A stretch of DNA of 64,000 nucleotides, taken from the human T2T-CHM13v2.0 reference genome, Homo sapiens. The notes under the pieces were generated by a model. It saw only the letters and a program-made list of their open reading frames with translations, was not told the origin of the DNA and did not search any database. The stretch lies in NCBI RefSeq assembly GCF_009914755.1, contig NC_060939.1; one strand, given 5' to 3'. Positions 40,972 through 56,300 of this stretch are shown here, one piece after another. Positions within the stretch are counted from its first letter, which is position 1, and each line of letters starts with the position of its first letter. The translations under genes and the position numbers were made by a program.

Positions 40972-43900
40972 AGTTTCTCAGAATGCTTCTGTGTAGTTTT
41001 TTTTGTGAAGATATTTGATTTTCCACAGCAGGCTTCCAAGCACTCCAAATATCCACTCGCAGATTCTGCAAAAAGAGAGATTCAAATCTGCTGAATCAAA
41101 AGATAGGTTTAACTCTGTGACTTCAATGCACACCTCACAAGGGTGTTTCTCAGAAAGCTTCTGTGTAGTTTTTATATGAAGATATCTCCTTCTCCAAAGC
41201 AGGTCTCAAAGCCCTCCAAATATTCACTTCAAGATTCTACGGAAAGATTGTCTCAACACTGCTAAATCTAAACAAATGTTCAACTCTGTGTGATGAATGC
41301 ACTCATCACAGAGAAGTTTCTCTGAATGCCTCTGTGTAGTTTTTATTTGAAGATATTTGCTTTTCCAGTATAGGGCGAAATAGGGCTCCAAATATTCACT
41401 TGCAGATTCTACAAAAGGAGAGATTCCAAACTGCTCAATCAAAACATAGGTTCAACACTGTGAGTTGAATGCACACATCACAAAGAAGTTTCACAGAGTG
41501 CTTCTGGGTAGTTTTTATTTGAGGATATTTCCCTTTCCACAATAGGCCTCAAAGCTTTCCAAATATCCACTTGCAGATTCTGCAAAAAGAGAGATACAAA
41601 ACTGCTCTATCAAAAGATAGATTCGACTCTGTGAGTTGAATGCCAACATCGCAAAGAAGTTTCTCAGAATGCTTCTCTGCAGCTTTTTTGTGAGTATGTT
41701 TCGTTTTCCACCATAGGGCGAAATGGGGCTCCAAATATCCACTTGCATTTCCTACAAAAAGAGAGATTCTAAGCTGCTCAATCAAAACATTGTTTCAACA
41801 CGGTTAGTTGAATGCACACATCCCAAAGATGTTTTTCAGAGTGCTTCTGTGTGGTTTTTATGTGAAGATACTTCCTTTTCCACAATAGGCCTCAAATCTC
41901 TGTAAATATCCACTTGCAGACTCTACAAAGAGTGTTTCCAAACTCCTCAATCATAAGATAGGTTCAACTCCGATAGTTGAATGCACACATCACAAAGAAG
42001 TTTCTCGGAAAGCTTCTGTGTAGTTTTTGATGAAGATATCTCCTTCTCTAAAACAGAACTCCAAGCCCTCCAAATATTCACTTCAAGATTCTACGGAAAG
42101 ATTGTCTCAAACTGCTAAATCAAAACAAAGGTTCAACTCTGTGTGATGAATGCATTCATCACAAAGAAGTTTCTCTGAGTGCTTCTGTGCAGTTTTTATT
42201 TGAAGATAATTGCTTTTCCAGTATAGGGCGAAATAGGGCTCCAAATATTCACTTGCAGATTCTACAGAAAGAGAGATTCCAAACTGCTCAATCAAAACAT
42301 AGGTTCAACACTGTGAGTTGAATGCATACATCGCAAAGAAGTTTCACAGAGTACTTCTGGGTGGTTTTTATTTGAAGATATTTCCCTTTCCACAATAGGC
42401 CTCAAAGCTTTCCAAATGTCCACTTGCAGATTCCACCAAAAGAGTGTTTCGAAACTGCTCAATCAAAAGAAAGGTTCTACTCTGTGGGATGAATGCACAC
42501 ATCACAAAGTAGTTTCTCAGAATGCTTCTGTGTAGTTTTTATGTGAAGATATTTGTTTTTCCACAGTAGGCCCCAAATATTCACTTGCAGATTCTACAAA
42601 AAGAGTGTTCCAAAACTGCTCAATCATGAAATAGGATCAACCCTGTGAGATGAATGTACGTATGACAGAGAAGTTTCTCAGAATGCTTCTGTGTAGTTTT
42701 TATCCGAAGATATTCGACTTTCCACAGTACGCCTCAAAGTTCTCCAATTATCCACTCGTAGATCCCGCAAAAAGAGAGATTCAAAACTGCTCAATCAAAA
42801 GATAGTTTCTACTCCATTAGCTGAAAGACCACATCACAAAAAAAGTTTCTCAGGATGCTTCTGTGTAGTTTTTATGTGAAGATATTTGGTTTTCCACAGT
42901 AGGCCTCAAAGCGCTCCAAATATCCACTCACAGATTCTGCAAAAAGAGAGATTCAAAACTGCTGAATCAAAAGACAGTTTCAACTCTGTGACTTCAGTGC
43001 ACACCTCACAAGGATGTTTCTCAGAATGCTTCTGTGTAGTTTTTATATAAAGATATCTCCTTCTCCAAAATGGATCTCAAAGTTCTCCAAATATTCACTT
43101 CCAGATTCTATGGAAAGATTGTCTCAAAACTGCTCAATCAAACCAAAGGTTCAACTCTGTGAGATGAATGCCCACATCACAAAGAAGTTTCTCAGAGTAC
43201 TTCTGTGTAGTTTCTATTTGAGGATAGTTCCTTTTCCACCACAGACCAGAAAGGGCTCCAAATATCCATTGCAGATGGTACAAAAAGTGAGATTCAAAAC
43301 TGCTCAATCCAAAGGTAGTTTCAACCATGTGATATGAATGCACACAGCACAGAGAATTTTCTCAAAATGCGTCTGTCTAGTTTTTATTTGAAGATATTTC
43401 CTTTTCTACCATAGGCCACAAACGTCTCCAAATATCCACATGCAGCTTCTACAAAAAGAGAGATTCAAAACTTCTCAATCAAAAGATAGGTTCAACTCTG
43501 TGAGTTGAAAGCACACCTCACAGAGAAGTTTCTCAGAGTGCTTCTGTGTGTTTTTATGTGAAGATATTTCCTTTTCCACAATAGGCCTCAAAGCTCTCCA
43601 AATATCTGCGAGCAGAGTCTACAAAATGAGAGATTCAAAACTGCTCAATGAAAAGATAGGTTCAACTCTGTGAGTTGAATGCACACCTCCAAAGAAGTTT
43701 CTCAGAATGCTTCCGTGTAGTTTTTATGTGAAGATATTTACTTTTCCACAGTTGTCCCAAAGCTCTAAAATGTCCACTTGCAGACCCTCCAAAAGAGTGT
43801 TTCAGAATTGCTCAATCAAAGGGAAGGTTCAATTCTGTGTGACCAATGCACTCATCACAAAGAAGTTTGTCTGAATGCTTCTGTGTAGAATTGATTTGAA

Positions 43901-44375
43901 GATAATTCCTTTTCCACCACAGTCCGCAAAGGGCTAAAAATATCCACTTGCCGATTCCACAAAAAGAGAGATTCAAAACTGCTCAATCACAAGATAGGTT
44001 CAACTTGGTAATTGGAAAGCACACATGACAAACAATTTCTGAGAATGTTTCTGTGTAGTTTTTAAGGGAAGATATTTGATTTTCAAATGTAGGCCTCAAA
44101 TCGCTCCAAATATCCACTTGCATATTGTACAAAAAGAGAGATTCAAAACTGGTCACTCAAAAGTTAGGTCCAGCTCTGTGAGCTGAATGCACACATCACA
44201 AAGATGTTTCTCAGAAGGTTTCTGTATAGTTTCTATATGAAGATATTGGCTTTTCCACAATATGCCTCAAATCTCCCCAATTATCCACTTGCAGATTCTA
44301 GAAAAAGAGTGTTTCAAAACAGCTCAATCAAAATAAACTTTCAACTCTGTGAGATCAATGCACACATCACAAAGA
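40972..44375 (-). repeat. HOR copy 13, 3,404-bp variant (-10 bp)
   Basis: The ORF offset is 3,404 (41224 to 44628). The sequence reads aggccccaaatattcac near 42568-42584 versus aggccccaaagagctccaaatattcac in other copies. Confidence 0.95.
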
Positions 44376-47300
44376 AGTTTCTCAGAATGCTTCTGTGTAG
44401 TTTTTTTTGTGAAGATATTTGATTTTCCACAGCAGGCTTCCAAGCACTCCAAATATCCACTCGCAGATTCTGCAAAAAGAGAGATTCAAATCTGCTGAAT
44501 CAAAAGATAGGTTTAACTCTGTGACTTCAATGCACACCTCACAAGGGTGTTTCTCAGAAAGCTTCTGTGTAGTTTTTATATGAAGATATCTCCTTCTCCA
44601 AAGCAGGTCTCAAAGCCCTCCAAATATTCACTTCAAGATTCTACGGAAAGATTGTCTCAACACTGCTAAATCTAAACAAATGTTCAACTCTGTGTGATGA
44701 ATGCACTCATCACAGAGAAGTTTCTCTGAATGCCTCTGTGTAGTTTTTATTTGAAGATATTTGCTTTTCCAGTATAGGGCGAAATAGGGCTCCAAATATT
44801 CACTTGCAGATTCTACAAAAGGAGAGATTCCAAACTGCTCAATCAAAACATAGGTTCAACACTGTGAGTTGAATGCACACATCACAAAGAAGTTTCACAG
44901 AGTGCTTCTGGGTAGTTTTTATTTGAGGATATTTCCCTTTCCACAATAGGCCTCAAAGCTTTCCAAATATCCACTTGCAGATTCTGCAAAAACAGAGATA
45001 CAAAACTGCTCTATCAAAAGATAGATTCGACTCTGTGAGTTGAATGCCAACATCGCAAAGAAGTTTCTCAGAATGCTTCTCTGCAGCTTTTTTGTGAGTA
45101 TGTTTCGTTTTCCACCATAGGGCGAAATGGGGCTCCAAATATCCACTTGCATTTCCTACAAAAAGAGAGATTCTAAGCTGCTCAATCAAAACATTGTTTC
45201 AACACGGTTAGTTGAATGCACACATCCCAAAGATGTTTTTCAGAGTGCTTCTGTGTGGTTTTTATGTGAAGATACTTCCTTTTCCACAATAGGCCTCAAA
45301 TCTCTGTAAATATCCACTTGCAGACTCTACAAAGAGTGTTTCCAAACTGCTCAATCATAAGATAGGTTCAACTCCGATAGTTGAATGCACACATCACAAA
45401 GAAGTTTCTCGGAAAGCTTCTGTGTAGTTTTTGATGAAGATATCTTCTTCTCTAAAACAGAACTCCAAGCCCTCCAAATATTCACTTCAAGATTCTACGG
45501 AAAGATTGTCTCAAACTGCTAAATCAAAACAAAGGTTCAACTCTGTGTGATGAATGCATTCATCACAAAGAAGTTTCTCTGAGTGCTTCTGTGCAGTTTT
45601 TATTTGAAGATAATTGCTTTTCCAGTATAGGGCGAAATAGGGCTCCAAATATTCACTTGCAGATTCTACAGAAAGAGAGATTCCAAACTGCTCAATCAAA
45701 ACATAGGTTCAACACTGTGAGTTGAATGCATACATCGCAAAGAAGTTTCACAGAGTACTTCTGGGTGGTTTTTATTTGAAGATATTTCCCTTTCCACAAT
45801 AGGCCTCAAAGCTTTCCAAATGTCCACTTGCAGATTCCACCAAAAGAGTGTTTCGAAACTGCTCAATCAAAAGAAAGGTTCTACTCTGTGGGATGAATGC
45901 ACACATCACAAAGTAGTTTCTCAGAATGCTTCTGTGTAGTTTTTATGTGAAGATATTTGTTTTTCCACAGTAGGCCCCAAAGAGCTCCAAATATTCACTT
46001 GCAGATTCTACAAAAAGAGTGTTCCAAAACTGCTCAATCATGAAATAGGATCAACCCTGTGAGATGAATGTACGTATGACAGAGAAGTTTCTCAGAATGC
46101 TTCTGTGTAGTTTTTATGCGAAGATATTCGACTTTCCACAGTACGCCTCAAAGTTCTCCAATTATCCACTCGTAGATCCCGCAAAAAGAGAGATTCAAAA
46201 CTGCTCAATCAAAAGATAGTTTCTACTCCATTAGCTGAAAGACCACATCACAAAAAAAGTTTCTCAGGATGCTTCTGTGTAGTTTTTATGTGAAGATATT
46301 TGGTTTTCCACAGTAGGCCTCAAAGCGCTCCAAATATCCACTCACAGATTCTGCAAAAAGAGAGATTCAAAACTGCTGAATCAAAAGACAGTTTCAACTC
46401 TGTGACTTCAGTGCACACCTCACAAGGATGTTTCTCAGAATGCTTCTGTGTAGTTTTTATATAAAGATATCTCCTTCTCCAAGATGGATCTCAAAGTTCT
46501 CCAAATATTCACTTCCAGATTCTATGGAAAGATTGTCTCAAAACTGCTCAATCAAACCAAAGGTTCAACTCTGTGAGATGAATGCCCACATCACAAAGAA
46601 GTTTCTCAGAGTACTTCTGTGTAGTTTCTATTTGAGGATAGTTCCTTTTCCACCACAGACCAGAAAGGGCTCCAAATATCCATTGCAGATGGTACAAAAA
46701 GTGAGATTCAAAACTGCTCAATCCAAAGGTAGTTTCAACCATGTGATATGAATGCACACAGCACAGAGAATTTTCTCAAAATGCGTCTGTCTAGTTTTTA
46801 TTTTAAGATATTTCCTTTTCTACCATAGGCCACAAACGTCTCCAAATATCCACATGCAGCTTCTACAAAAAGAGAGATTCAAAACTTCTCAATCAAAAGA
46901 TAGGTTCAACTCTGTGAGTTGAAAGCACACCTCACAGAGAAGTTTCTCAGAGTGCTTCTGTGTGTTTTTATGTGAAGATATTTCCTTTTCCACAATAGGC
47001 CTCAAAGCTCTCCAAATATCTGCGAGCAGAGTCTACAAAATGAGAGATTCAAAACTGCTCAATGAAAAGATAGGTTCAACTCTGTGAGTTGAATGCACAC
47101 CTCCAAAGAAGTTTCTCAGAATGCTTCCGTGTAGTTTTTATGTGAAGATATTTACTTTTCCACAGTTGTCCCAAAGCTCTAAAATGTCCACTTGCAGACC
47201 CTCCAAAAGAGTGTTTCAGAATTGCTCAATCAAAGGGAAGGTTCAATTCTGTGTGACCAATGCACTCATCACAAAGAAGTTTGTCTGAATGCTTCTGTGT

Positions 47301-50300
47301 AGAATTGATTTGAAGATAATTCCTTTTCCACCACAGTCCGCAAAGGGCTAAAAATATCCACTTGCCGATTCCACAAAAAGAGAGATTCAAAACTGCTCAA
47401 TCACAAGATAGGTTCAACTTGGTAATTGGAAAGCACACATGACAAACAATTTCTGAGAATGTTTCTGTGTAGTTTTTAAAGGAAGATATTTGATTTTCAA
47501 ATGTAGGCCTCAAATCGCTCCAAATATCCACTTGCATATTGTACAAAAAGAGAGATTCAAAACTGGTCACTCAAAAGTTAGGTCCAGCTCTGTGAGCTGA
47601 ATGCACACATCACAAAGATGTTTCTCAGAAGGTTTCTGTATAGTTTCTATATGAAGATATTTGCTTTTCCACAATATGCCTCAAATCTCCCCAATTATCC
47701 ACTTGCAGATTCTAGAAAAAGAGTGTTTCAAAACAGCTCAATCAAAATAAACTTTCAACTCTGTGAGATCAATGCACACATCACAAAGAAGTTTCTCAGA
47801 ATGCTTCTGTGTAGTTTTTTTTGTGAAGATATTTGATTTTCCACAGCAGGCTTCCAAGCACTCCAAATATCCACTCGCAGATTCTGCAAAAAGAGAGATT
47901 CAAATCTGCTGAATCAAAAGATAGGTTTAACTCTGTGACTTCAATGCACACCTCACAAGGGTGTTTCTCAGAAAGCTTCTGTGTAGTTTTTATATGAAGA
48001 TATCTCCTTCTCCAAAGCAGGTCTCAAAGCCCTCCAAATATTCACTTCAAGATTCTACGGAAAGATTGTCTCAACACTGCTAAATCTAAACAAATGTTCA
48101 ACTCTGTGTGATGAATGCACTCATCACAGAGAAGTTTCTCTGAATGCCTCTGTGTAGTTTTTATTTGAAGATATTTGCTTTTCCAGTATAGGGCGAAATA
48201 GGGCTCCAAATATTCACTTGCAGATTCTACAAAAGGAGAGATTCCAAACTGCTCAATCAAAACATAGGTTCAACACTGTGAGTTGAATGCACACATCACA
48301 AAGAAGTTTCACAGAGTGCTTCTGGGTAGTTTTTATTTGAGGATATTTCCCTTTCCACAATAGGCCTCAAAGCTTTCCAAATATCCACTTGCAGATTCTG
48401 CAAAAAGAGAGATACAAAACTGCTCTATCAAAAGATAGATTCGACTCTGTGAGTTGAATGCCAACATCGCAATGAAGTTTATCAGAATGCTTCTCTGCAG
48501 CTTTTTTGTGAGTATGTTTCGTTTTCCACCATAGGGCGAAATGGGGCTCCAAATATCCACTTGCATTTCCTACAAAAAGAGAGATTCTAAGCTGCTCAAT
48601 CAAAACATTGTTTCAACACGGTTAGTTGAATGCACACATCCCAAAGATGTTTTTCAGAGTGCTTCTGTGTGGTTTTTATGTGAAGATACTTCCTTTTCCA
48701 CAATAGGCCTCAAATCTCTGTAAATATCCACTTGCAGACTCTACAAAGAGTGTTTCCAAACTGCTCAATCATAAGATAGGTTCAACTCCGATAGTTGAAT
48801 GCACACATCACAAAGAAGTTTCTCGGAAAGCTTCTGTGTAGTTTTTGATGAAGATATCTTCTTCTCTAAAACAGAACTCCAAGCCCTCCAAATATTCACT
48901 TCAAGATTCTACGGAAAGATTGTCTCAAACTGCTAAATCAAAACAAAGGTTCAACTCTGTGTGATGAATGCATTCATCACAAAGAAGTTTCTCTGAGTGC
49001 TTCTGTGCAGTTTTTATTTGAAGATAATTGCTTTTCCAGTATAGGGCGAAATAGGGCTCCAAATATTCACTTGCAGATTCTACAGAAAGAGAGATTCCAA
49101 ACTGCTCAATCAAAACATAGGTTCAACACTGTGAGTTGAATGCATACATCGCAAAGAAGTTTCACAGAGTACTTCTGGGTGGTTTTTATTTGAAGATATT
49201 TCCCTTTCCACAATAGGCCTCAAAGCTTTCCAAATGTCCACTTGCAGATTCCACCAAAAGAGTGTTTCGAAACTGCTCAATCAAAAGAAAGGTTCTACTC
49301 TGTGGGATGAATGCACACATCACAAAGTAGTTTCTCAGAATGCTTCTGTGTAGTTTTTATGTGAAGATATTTGTTTTTCCACAGTAGGCCCCAAAGAGCT
49401 CCAAATATTCACTTGCAGATTCTACAAAAAGAGTGTTCCAAAACTGCTCAATCATGAAATAGGATCAACCCTGTGAGATGAATGTACGTATGACAGAGAA
49501 GTTTCTCAGAATGCTTCTGTGTAGTTTTTATGCGAAGATATTCGACTTTCCACAGTACGCCTCAAAGTTCTCCAATTATCCACTCGTAGATCCTGCAAAA
49601 AGAGAGATTCAAAACTGCTCAATCAAAAGATAGTTTCTACTCCATTAGCTGAAAGACCACATCACAAAAAAAGTTTCTCAGGATGCTTCTGTGTAGTTTT
49701 TATGTGAAGATATTTGGTTTTCCACAGTAGGCCTCAAAGCGCTCCAAATATCCACTCACAGATTCTGCAAAAAGAGAGATTCAAAACTGCTGAATCAAAA
49801 GACAGTTTCAACTCTGTGACTTCAGTGCACACCTCACAAGGATGTTTCTCAGAATGCTTCTGTGTAGTTTTTATATAAAGATATCTCCTTCTCCAAAATG
49901 GATCTCAAAGTTCTCCAAATATTCACTTCCAGATTCTATGGAAAGATTGTCTCAAAACTGCTCAATCAAACCAAAGGTTCAACTCTGTGAGATGAATGCC
50001 CACATCACAAAGAAGTTTCTCAGAGTACTTCTGTGTAGTTTCTATTTGAGGATAGTTCCTTTTCCACCACAGACCAGAAAGGGCTCCAAATATCCATTGC
50101 AGATGGTACAAAAAGTGAGATTCAAAACTGCTCAATCCAAAGGTAGTTTCAACCATGTGATATGAATGCACACAGCACAGAGAATTTTCTCAAAATGCGT
50201 CTGTCTAGTTTTTATTTGAAGATATTTCCTTTTCTACCATAGGCCACAAACGTCTCCAAATATCCACATGCAGCTTCTACAAAAAGAGAGATTCAAAACT

Positions 50301-53300
50301 TCTCAATCAAAAGATAGGTTCAACTCTGTGAGTTGAAAGCACACCTCACAGAGAAGTTTCTCAGAGTGCTTCTGTGTGTTTTTATGTGAAGATATTTCCT
50401 TTTCCACAATAGGCCTCAAAGCTCTCCAAATATCTGCGAGCAGAGTCTACAAAATGAGAGATTCAAAACTGCTCAATGAAAAGATAGGTTCAACTCTGTG
50501 AGTTGAATGCACACCTCCAAAGAAGTTTCTCAGAATGCTTCCGTGTAGTTTTTATGTGAAGATATTTACTTTTCCACAGTTGTCCCAAAGCTCTAAAATG
50601 TCCACTTGCAGACCCTCCAAAAGAGTGTTTCAGAATTGCTCAATCAAAGGGAAGGTTCAATTCTGTGTGACCAATGCACTCATCACAAAGAAGTTTGTCT
50701 GAATGCTTCTGTGTAGAATTGATTTGAAGATAATTCCTTTTCCACCACAGTCCGCAAAGGGCTAAAAATATCCACTTGCCGATTCCACAAAAAGAGAGAT
50801 TCAAAACTGCTCAATCACAAGATAGGTTCAACTTGGTAATTGGAAAGCACACATGACAAACAATTTCTGAGAATGTTTCTGTGTAGTTTTTAAGGGAAGA
50901 TATTTGATTTTCAAATGTAGGCCTCAAATCGCTCCAAATATCCACTTGCATATTGTACAAAAAGAGAGATTCAAAACTGGTCACTCAAAAGTTAGGTCCA
51001 GCTCTGTGAGCTGAATGCACACATCACAAAGATGTTTCTCAGAAGGTTTCTGTATAGTTTCTATATGAAGATATTGGCTTTTCCACAATATGCCTCAAAT
51101 CTCCCCAATTATCCACTTGCAGATTCTAGAAAAAGAGTGTTTCAAAACAGCTCAATCAAAATAAACTTTCAACTCTGTGAGATCAATGCACACATCACAA
51201 AGAAGTTTCTCAGAATGCTTCTGTGTAGTTTTTTTTGTGAAGATATTTGATTTTCCACAGCAGGCTTCCAAGCACTCCAAATATCCACTCGCAGATTCTG
51301 CAAAAAGAGAGATTCAAATCTGCTGAATCAAAAGATAGGTTTAACTCTGTGACTTCAATGCACACCTCACAAGGGTGTTTCTCAGAAAGCTTCTGTGTAG
51401 TTTTTATATGAAGATATCTCCTTCTCCAAAGCAGGTCTCAAAGCCCTCCAAATATTCACTTCAAGATTCTACGGAAAGATTGTCTCAACACTGCTAAATC
51501 TAAACAAATGTTCAACTCTGTGTGATGAATGCACTCATCACAGAGAAGTTTCTCTGAATGCCTCTGTGTAGTTTTTATTTGAAGATATTTGCTTTTCCAG
51601 TATAGGGCGAAATAGGGCTCCAAATATTCACTTGCAGATTCTACAAAAGGAGAGATTCCAAACTGCTCAATCAAAACATAGGTTCAACACTGTGAGTTGA
51701 ATGCACACATCACAAAGAAGTTTCACAGAGTGCTTCTGGGTAGTTTTTATTTGAGGATATTTCCCTTTCCACAATAGGCCTCAAAGCTTTCCAAATATCC
51801 ACTTGCAGATTCTGCAAAAACAGAGATACAAAACTGCTCTATCAAAAGATAGATTCGACTCTGTGAGTTGAATGCCAACATCGCAAAGAAGTTTCTCAGA
51901 ATGCTTCTCTGCAGCTTTTTTGTGAGTATGTTTCGTTTTCCACCATAGGGCGAAATGGGGCTCCAAATATCCACTTGCATTTCCTACAAAAAGAGAGATT
52001 CTAAGCTGCTCAATCAAAACATTGTTTCAACACGGTTAGTTGAATGCACACATCCCAAAGATGTTTTTCAGAGTGCTTCTGTGTGGTTTTTATGTGAAGA
52101 TACTTCCTTTTCCACAATAGGCCTCAAATCTCTGTAAATATCCACTTGCAGACTCTACAAAGAGTGTTTCCAAACTGCTCAATCATAAGATAGGTTCAAC
52201 TCCGATAGTTGAATGCACACATCACAAAGAAGTTTCTCGGAAAGCTTCTGTGTAGTTTTTGATGAAGATATCTTCTTCTCTAAAACAGAACTCCAAGCCC
52301 TCCAAATATTCACTTCAAGATTCTACGGAAAGATTGTCTCAAACTGCTAAATCAAAACAAAGGTTCAACTCTGTGTGATGAATGCATTCATCACAAAGAA
52401 GTTTCTCTGAGTGCTTCTGTGCAGTTTTTATTTGAAGATAATTGCTTTTCCAGTATAGGGCGAAATAGGGCTCCAAATATTCACTTGCAGATTCTACAGA
52501 AAGAGAGATTCCAAACTGCTCAATCAAAACATAGGTTCAACACTGTGAGTTGAATGCATACATCGCAAAGAAGTTTCACAGAGTACTTCTGGGTGGTTTT
52601 TATTTGAAGATATTTCCCTTTCCACAATAGGCCTCAAAGCTTTCCAAATGTCCACTTGCAGATTCCACCAAAAGAGTGTTTCGAAACTGCTCAATCAAAA
52701 GAAAGGTTCTACTCTGTGGGATGAATGCACACATCACAAAGTAGTTTCTCAGAATGCTTCTGTGTAGTTTTTATGTGAAGATATTTGTTTTTCCACAGTA
52801 GGCCCCAAAGAGCTCCAAATATTCACTTGCAGATTCTACAAAAAGAGTGTTCCAAAACTGCTCAATCATGAAATAGGATCAACCCTGTGAGATGAATGTA
52901 CGTATGACAGAGAAGTTTCTCAGAATGCTTCTGTGTAGTTTTTATGCGAAGATATTCGACTTTCCACAGTACGCCTCAAAGTTCTCCAATTATCCACTCG
53001 TAGATCCCGCAAAAAGAGAGATTCAAAACTGCTCAATCAAAAGATAGTTTCTACTCCATTAGCTGAAAGACCACATCACAAAAAAAGTTTCTCAGGATGC
53101 TTCTGTGTAGTTTTTATGTGAAGATATTTGGTTTTCCACAGTAGGCCTCAAAGCGCTCCAAATATCCACTCACAGATTCTGCAAAAAGAGAGATTCAAAA
53201 CTGCTGAATCAAAAGACAGTTTCAACTCTGTGACTTCAGTGCACACCTCACAAGGATGTTTCTCAGAATGCTTCTGTGTAGTTTTTATATAAAGATATCT

Positions 53301-56300
53301 CCTTCTCCAAAATGGATCTCAAAGTTCTCCAAATATTCACTTCCAGATTCTATGGAAAGATTGTCTCAAAACTGCTCAATCAAACCAAAGGTTCAACTCT
53401 GTGAGATGAATGCCCACATCACAAAGAAGTTTCTCAGAGTACTTCTGTGTAGTTTCTATTTGAGGATAGTTCCTTTTCCACCACAGACCAGAAAGGGCTC
53501 CAAATATCCATTGCAGATGGTACAAAAAGTGAGATTCAAAACTGCTCAATCCAAAGGTAGTTTCAACCATGTGATATGAATGCACACAGCACAGAGAATT
53601 TTCTCAAAATGCGTCTGTCTAGTTTTTATTTTAAGATATTTCCTTTTCTACCATAGGCCACAAACGTCTCCAAATATCCACATGCAGCTTCTACAAAAAG
53701 AGAGATTCAAAACTTCTCAATCAAAAGATAGGTTCAACTCTGTGAGTTGAAAGCACACCTCACAGAGAAGTTTCTCAGAGTGCTTCTGTGTGTTTTTATG
53801 TGAAGATATTTCCTTTTCCACAATAGGCCTCAAAGCTCTCCAAATATCTGCGAGCAGAGTCTACAAAATGAGAGATTCAAAACTGCTCAATGAAAAGATA
53901 GGTTCAACTCTGTGAGTTGAATGCACACCTCCAAAGAAGTTTCTCAGAATGCTTCCGTGTAGTTTTTATGTGAAGATATTTACTTTTCCACAGTTGTCCC
54001 AAAGCTCTAAAATGTCCACTTGCAGACCCTCCAAAAGAGTGTTTCAGAATTGCTCAATCAAAGGGAAGGTTCAATTCTGTGTGACCAATGCACTCATCAC
54101 AAAGAAGTTTGTCTGAATGCTTCTGTGTAGAATTGATTTGAAGATAATTCCTTTTCCACCACAGTCCGCAAAGGGCTAAAAATATCCACTTGCCGATTCC
54201 ACAAAAAGAGAGATTCAAAACTGCTCAATCACAAGATAGGTTCAACTTGGTAATTGGAAAGCACACATGACAAACAATTTTTGAGAATGTTTCTGTGTAG
54301 TTTTTAAAGGAAGATATTTGATTTTCAAATGTAGGCCTCAAATCGCTCCAAATATCCACTTGCATATTGTACAAAAAGAGAGATTCAAAACTGGTCACTC
54401 AAAAGTTAGGTCCAGCTCTGTGAGCTGAATGCACACATCACAAAGATGTTTCTCAGAAGGTTTCTGTATAGTTTCTATATGAAGATATTTGCTTTTCCAC
54501 AATATGCCTCAAATCTCCCCAATTATCCACTTGCAGATTCTAGAAAAAGAGTGTTTCAAAACAGCTCAATCAAAATAAACTTTCAACTCTGTGAGATCAA
54601 TGCACACATCACAAAGAAGTTTCTCAGAATGCTTCTGTGTAGTTTTTTTTGTGAAGATATTTGATTTTCCACAGCAGGCTTCCAAGCACTCCAAATATCC
54701 ACTCGCAGATTCTGCAAAAAGAGAGATTCAAATCTGCTGAATCAAAAGATAGGTTTAACTCTGTGACTTCAATGCACACCTCACAAGGGTGTTTCTCAGA
54801 AAGCTTCTGTGTAGTTTTTATATGAAGATATCTCCTTCTCCAAAGCAGGTCTCAAAGCCCTCCAAATATTCACTTCAAGATTCTACGGAAAGATTGTCTC
54901 AACACTGCTAAATCTAAACAAATGTTCAACTCTGTGTGATGAATGCACTCATCACAGAGAAGTTTCTCGGAATGCCTCTGTGTAGTTTTTATTTGAAGAT
55001 ATTTGCTTTTCCAGTATAGGGCGAAATAGGGCTCCAAATATTCACTTGCAGATTCTACAAAAGGAGAGATTCCAAACTGCTCAATCAAAACATAGGTTCA
55101 ACACTGTGAGTTGAATGCACACATCACAAAGAAGTTTCACAGAGTGCTTCTGGGTAGTTTTTATTTGAGGATATTTCCCTTTCCACAATAGGCCTCAAAG
55201 CTTTCCAAATATCCACTTGCAGATTCTGCAAAAAGAGAGATACAAAACTGCTCTATCAAAAGATAGATTCGACTCTGTGAGTTGAATGCCAACATCGCAA
55301 AGAAGTTTCTCAGAATGCTTCTCTGCAGCTTTTTTGTGAGTATGTTTCGTTTTCCACCATAGGGCGAAATGGGGCTCCAAATATCCACTTGCATTTCCTA
55401 CAAAAAGAGAGATTCTAAGCTGCTCAATCAAAACATTGTTTCAACACGGTTAGTTGAATGCACACATCCCAAAGATGTTTTTCAGAGTGCTTCTGTGTGG
55501 TTTTTATGTGAAGATACTTCCTTTTCCACAATAGGCCTCAAATCTCTGTAAATATCCACTTGCAGACTCTACAAAGAGTGTTTCCAAACTGCTCAATCAT
55601 AAGATAGGTTCAACTCCGATAGTTGAATGCACACATCACAAAGAAGTTTCTCGGAAAGCTTCTGTGTAGTTTTTGATGAAGATATCTTCTTCTCTAAAAC
55701 AGAACTCCAAGCCCTCCAAATATTCACTTCAAGATTCTACGGAAAGATTGTCTCAAACTGCTAAATCAAAACAAAGGTTCAACTCTGTGTGATGAATGCA
55801 TTCATCACAAAGAAGTTTCTCTGAGTGCTTCTGTGCAGTTTTTATTTGAAGATAATTGCTTTTCCAGTATAGGGCGAAATAGGGCTCCAAATATTCACTT
55901 GCAGATTCTACAGAAAGAGAGATTCCAAACTGCTCAATCAAAACATAGGTTCAACACTGTGAGTTGAATGCATACATCGCAAAGAAGTTTCACAGAGTAC
56001 TTCTGGGTGGTTTTTATTTGAAGATATTTCCCTTTCCACAATAGGCCTCAAAGCTTTCCAAATGTCCACTTGCAGATTCCACCAAAAGAGTGTTTCGAAA
56101 CTGCTCAATCAAAAGAAAGGTTCTACTCTGTGGGATGAATGCACACATCACAAAGTAGTTTCTCAGAATGCTTCTGTGTAGTTTTTATGTGAAGATATTT
56201 GTTTTTCCACAGTAGGCCCCAAAGAGCTCCAAATATTCACTTGCAGATTCTACAAAAAGAGTGTTCCAAAACTGCTCAATCATGAAATAGGATCAACCCT

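Noticed and set aside
42763-42780. The variant gatcccgcaaaaag (copies 13, 14, 16) creates CCCG, possibly a new CENP-B box
   Set aside because: It lacks the required T and CGAA of CCCGnnTnnnnCGAA and is not at the box position of the monomer.
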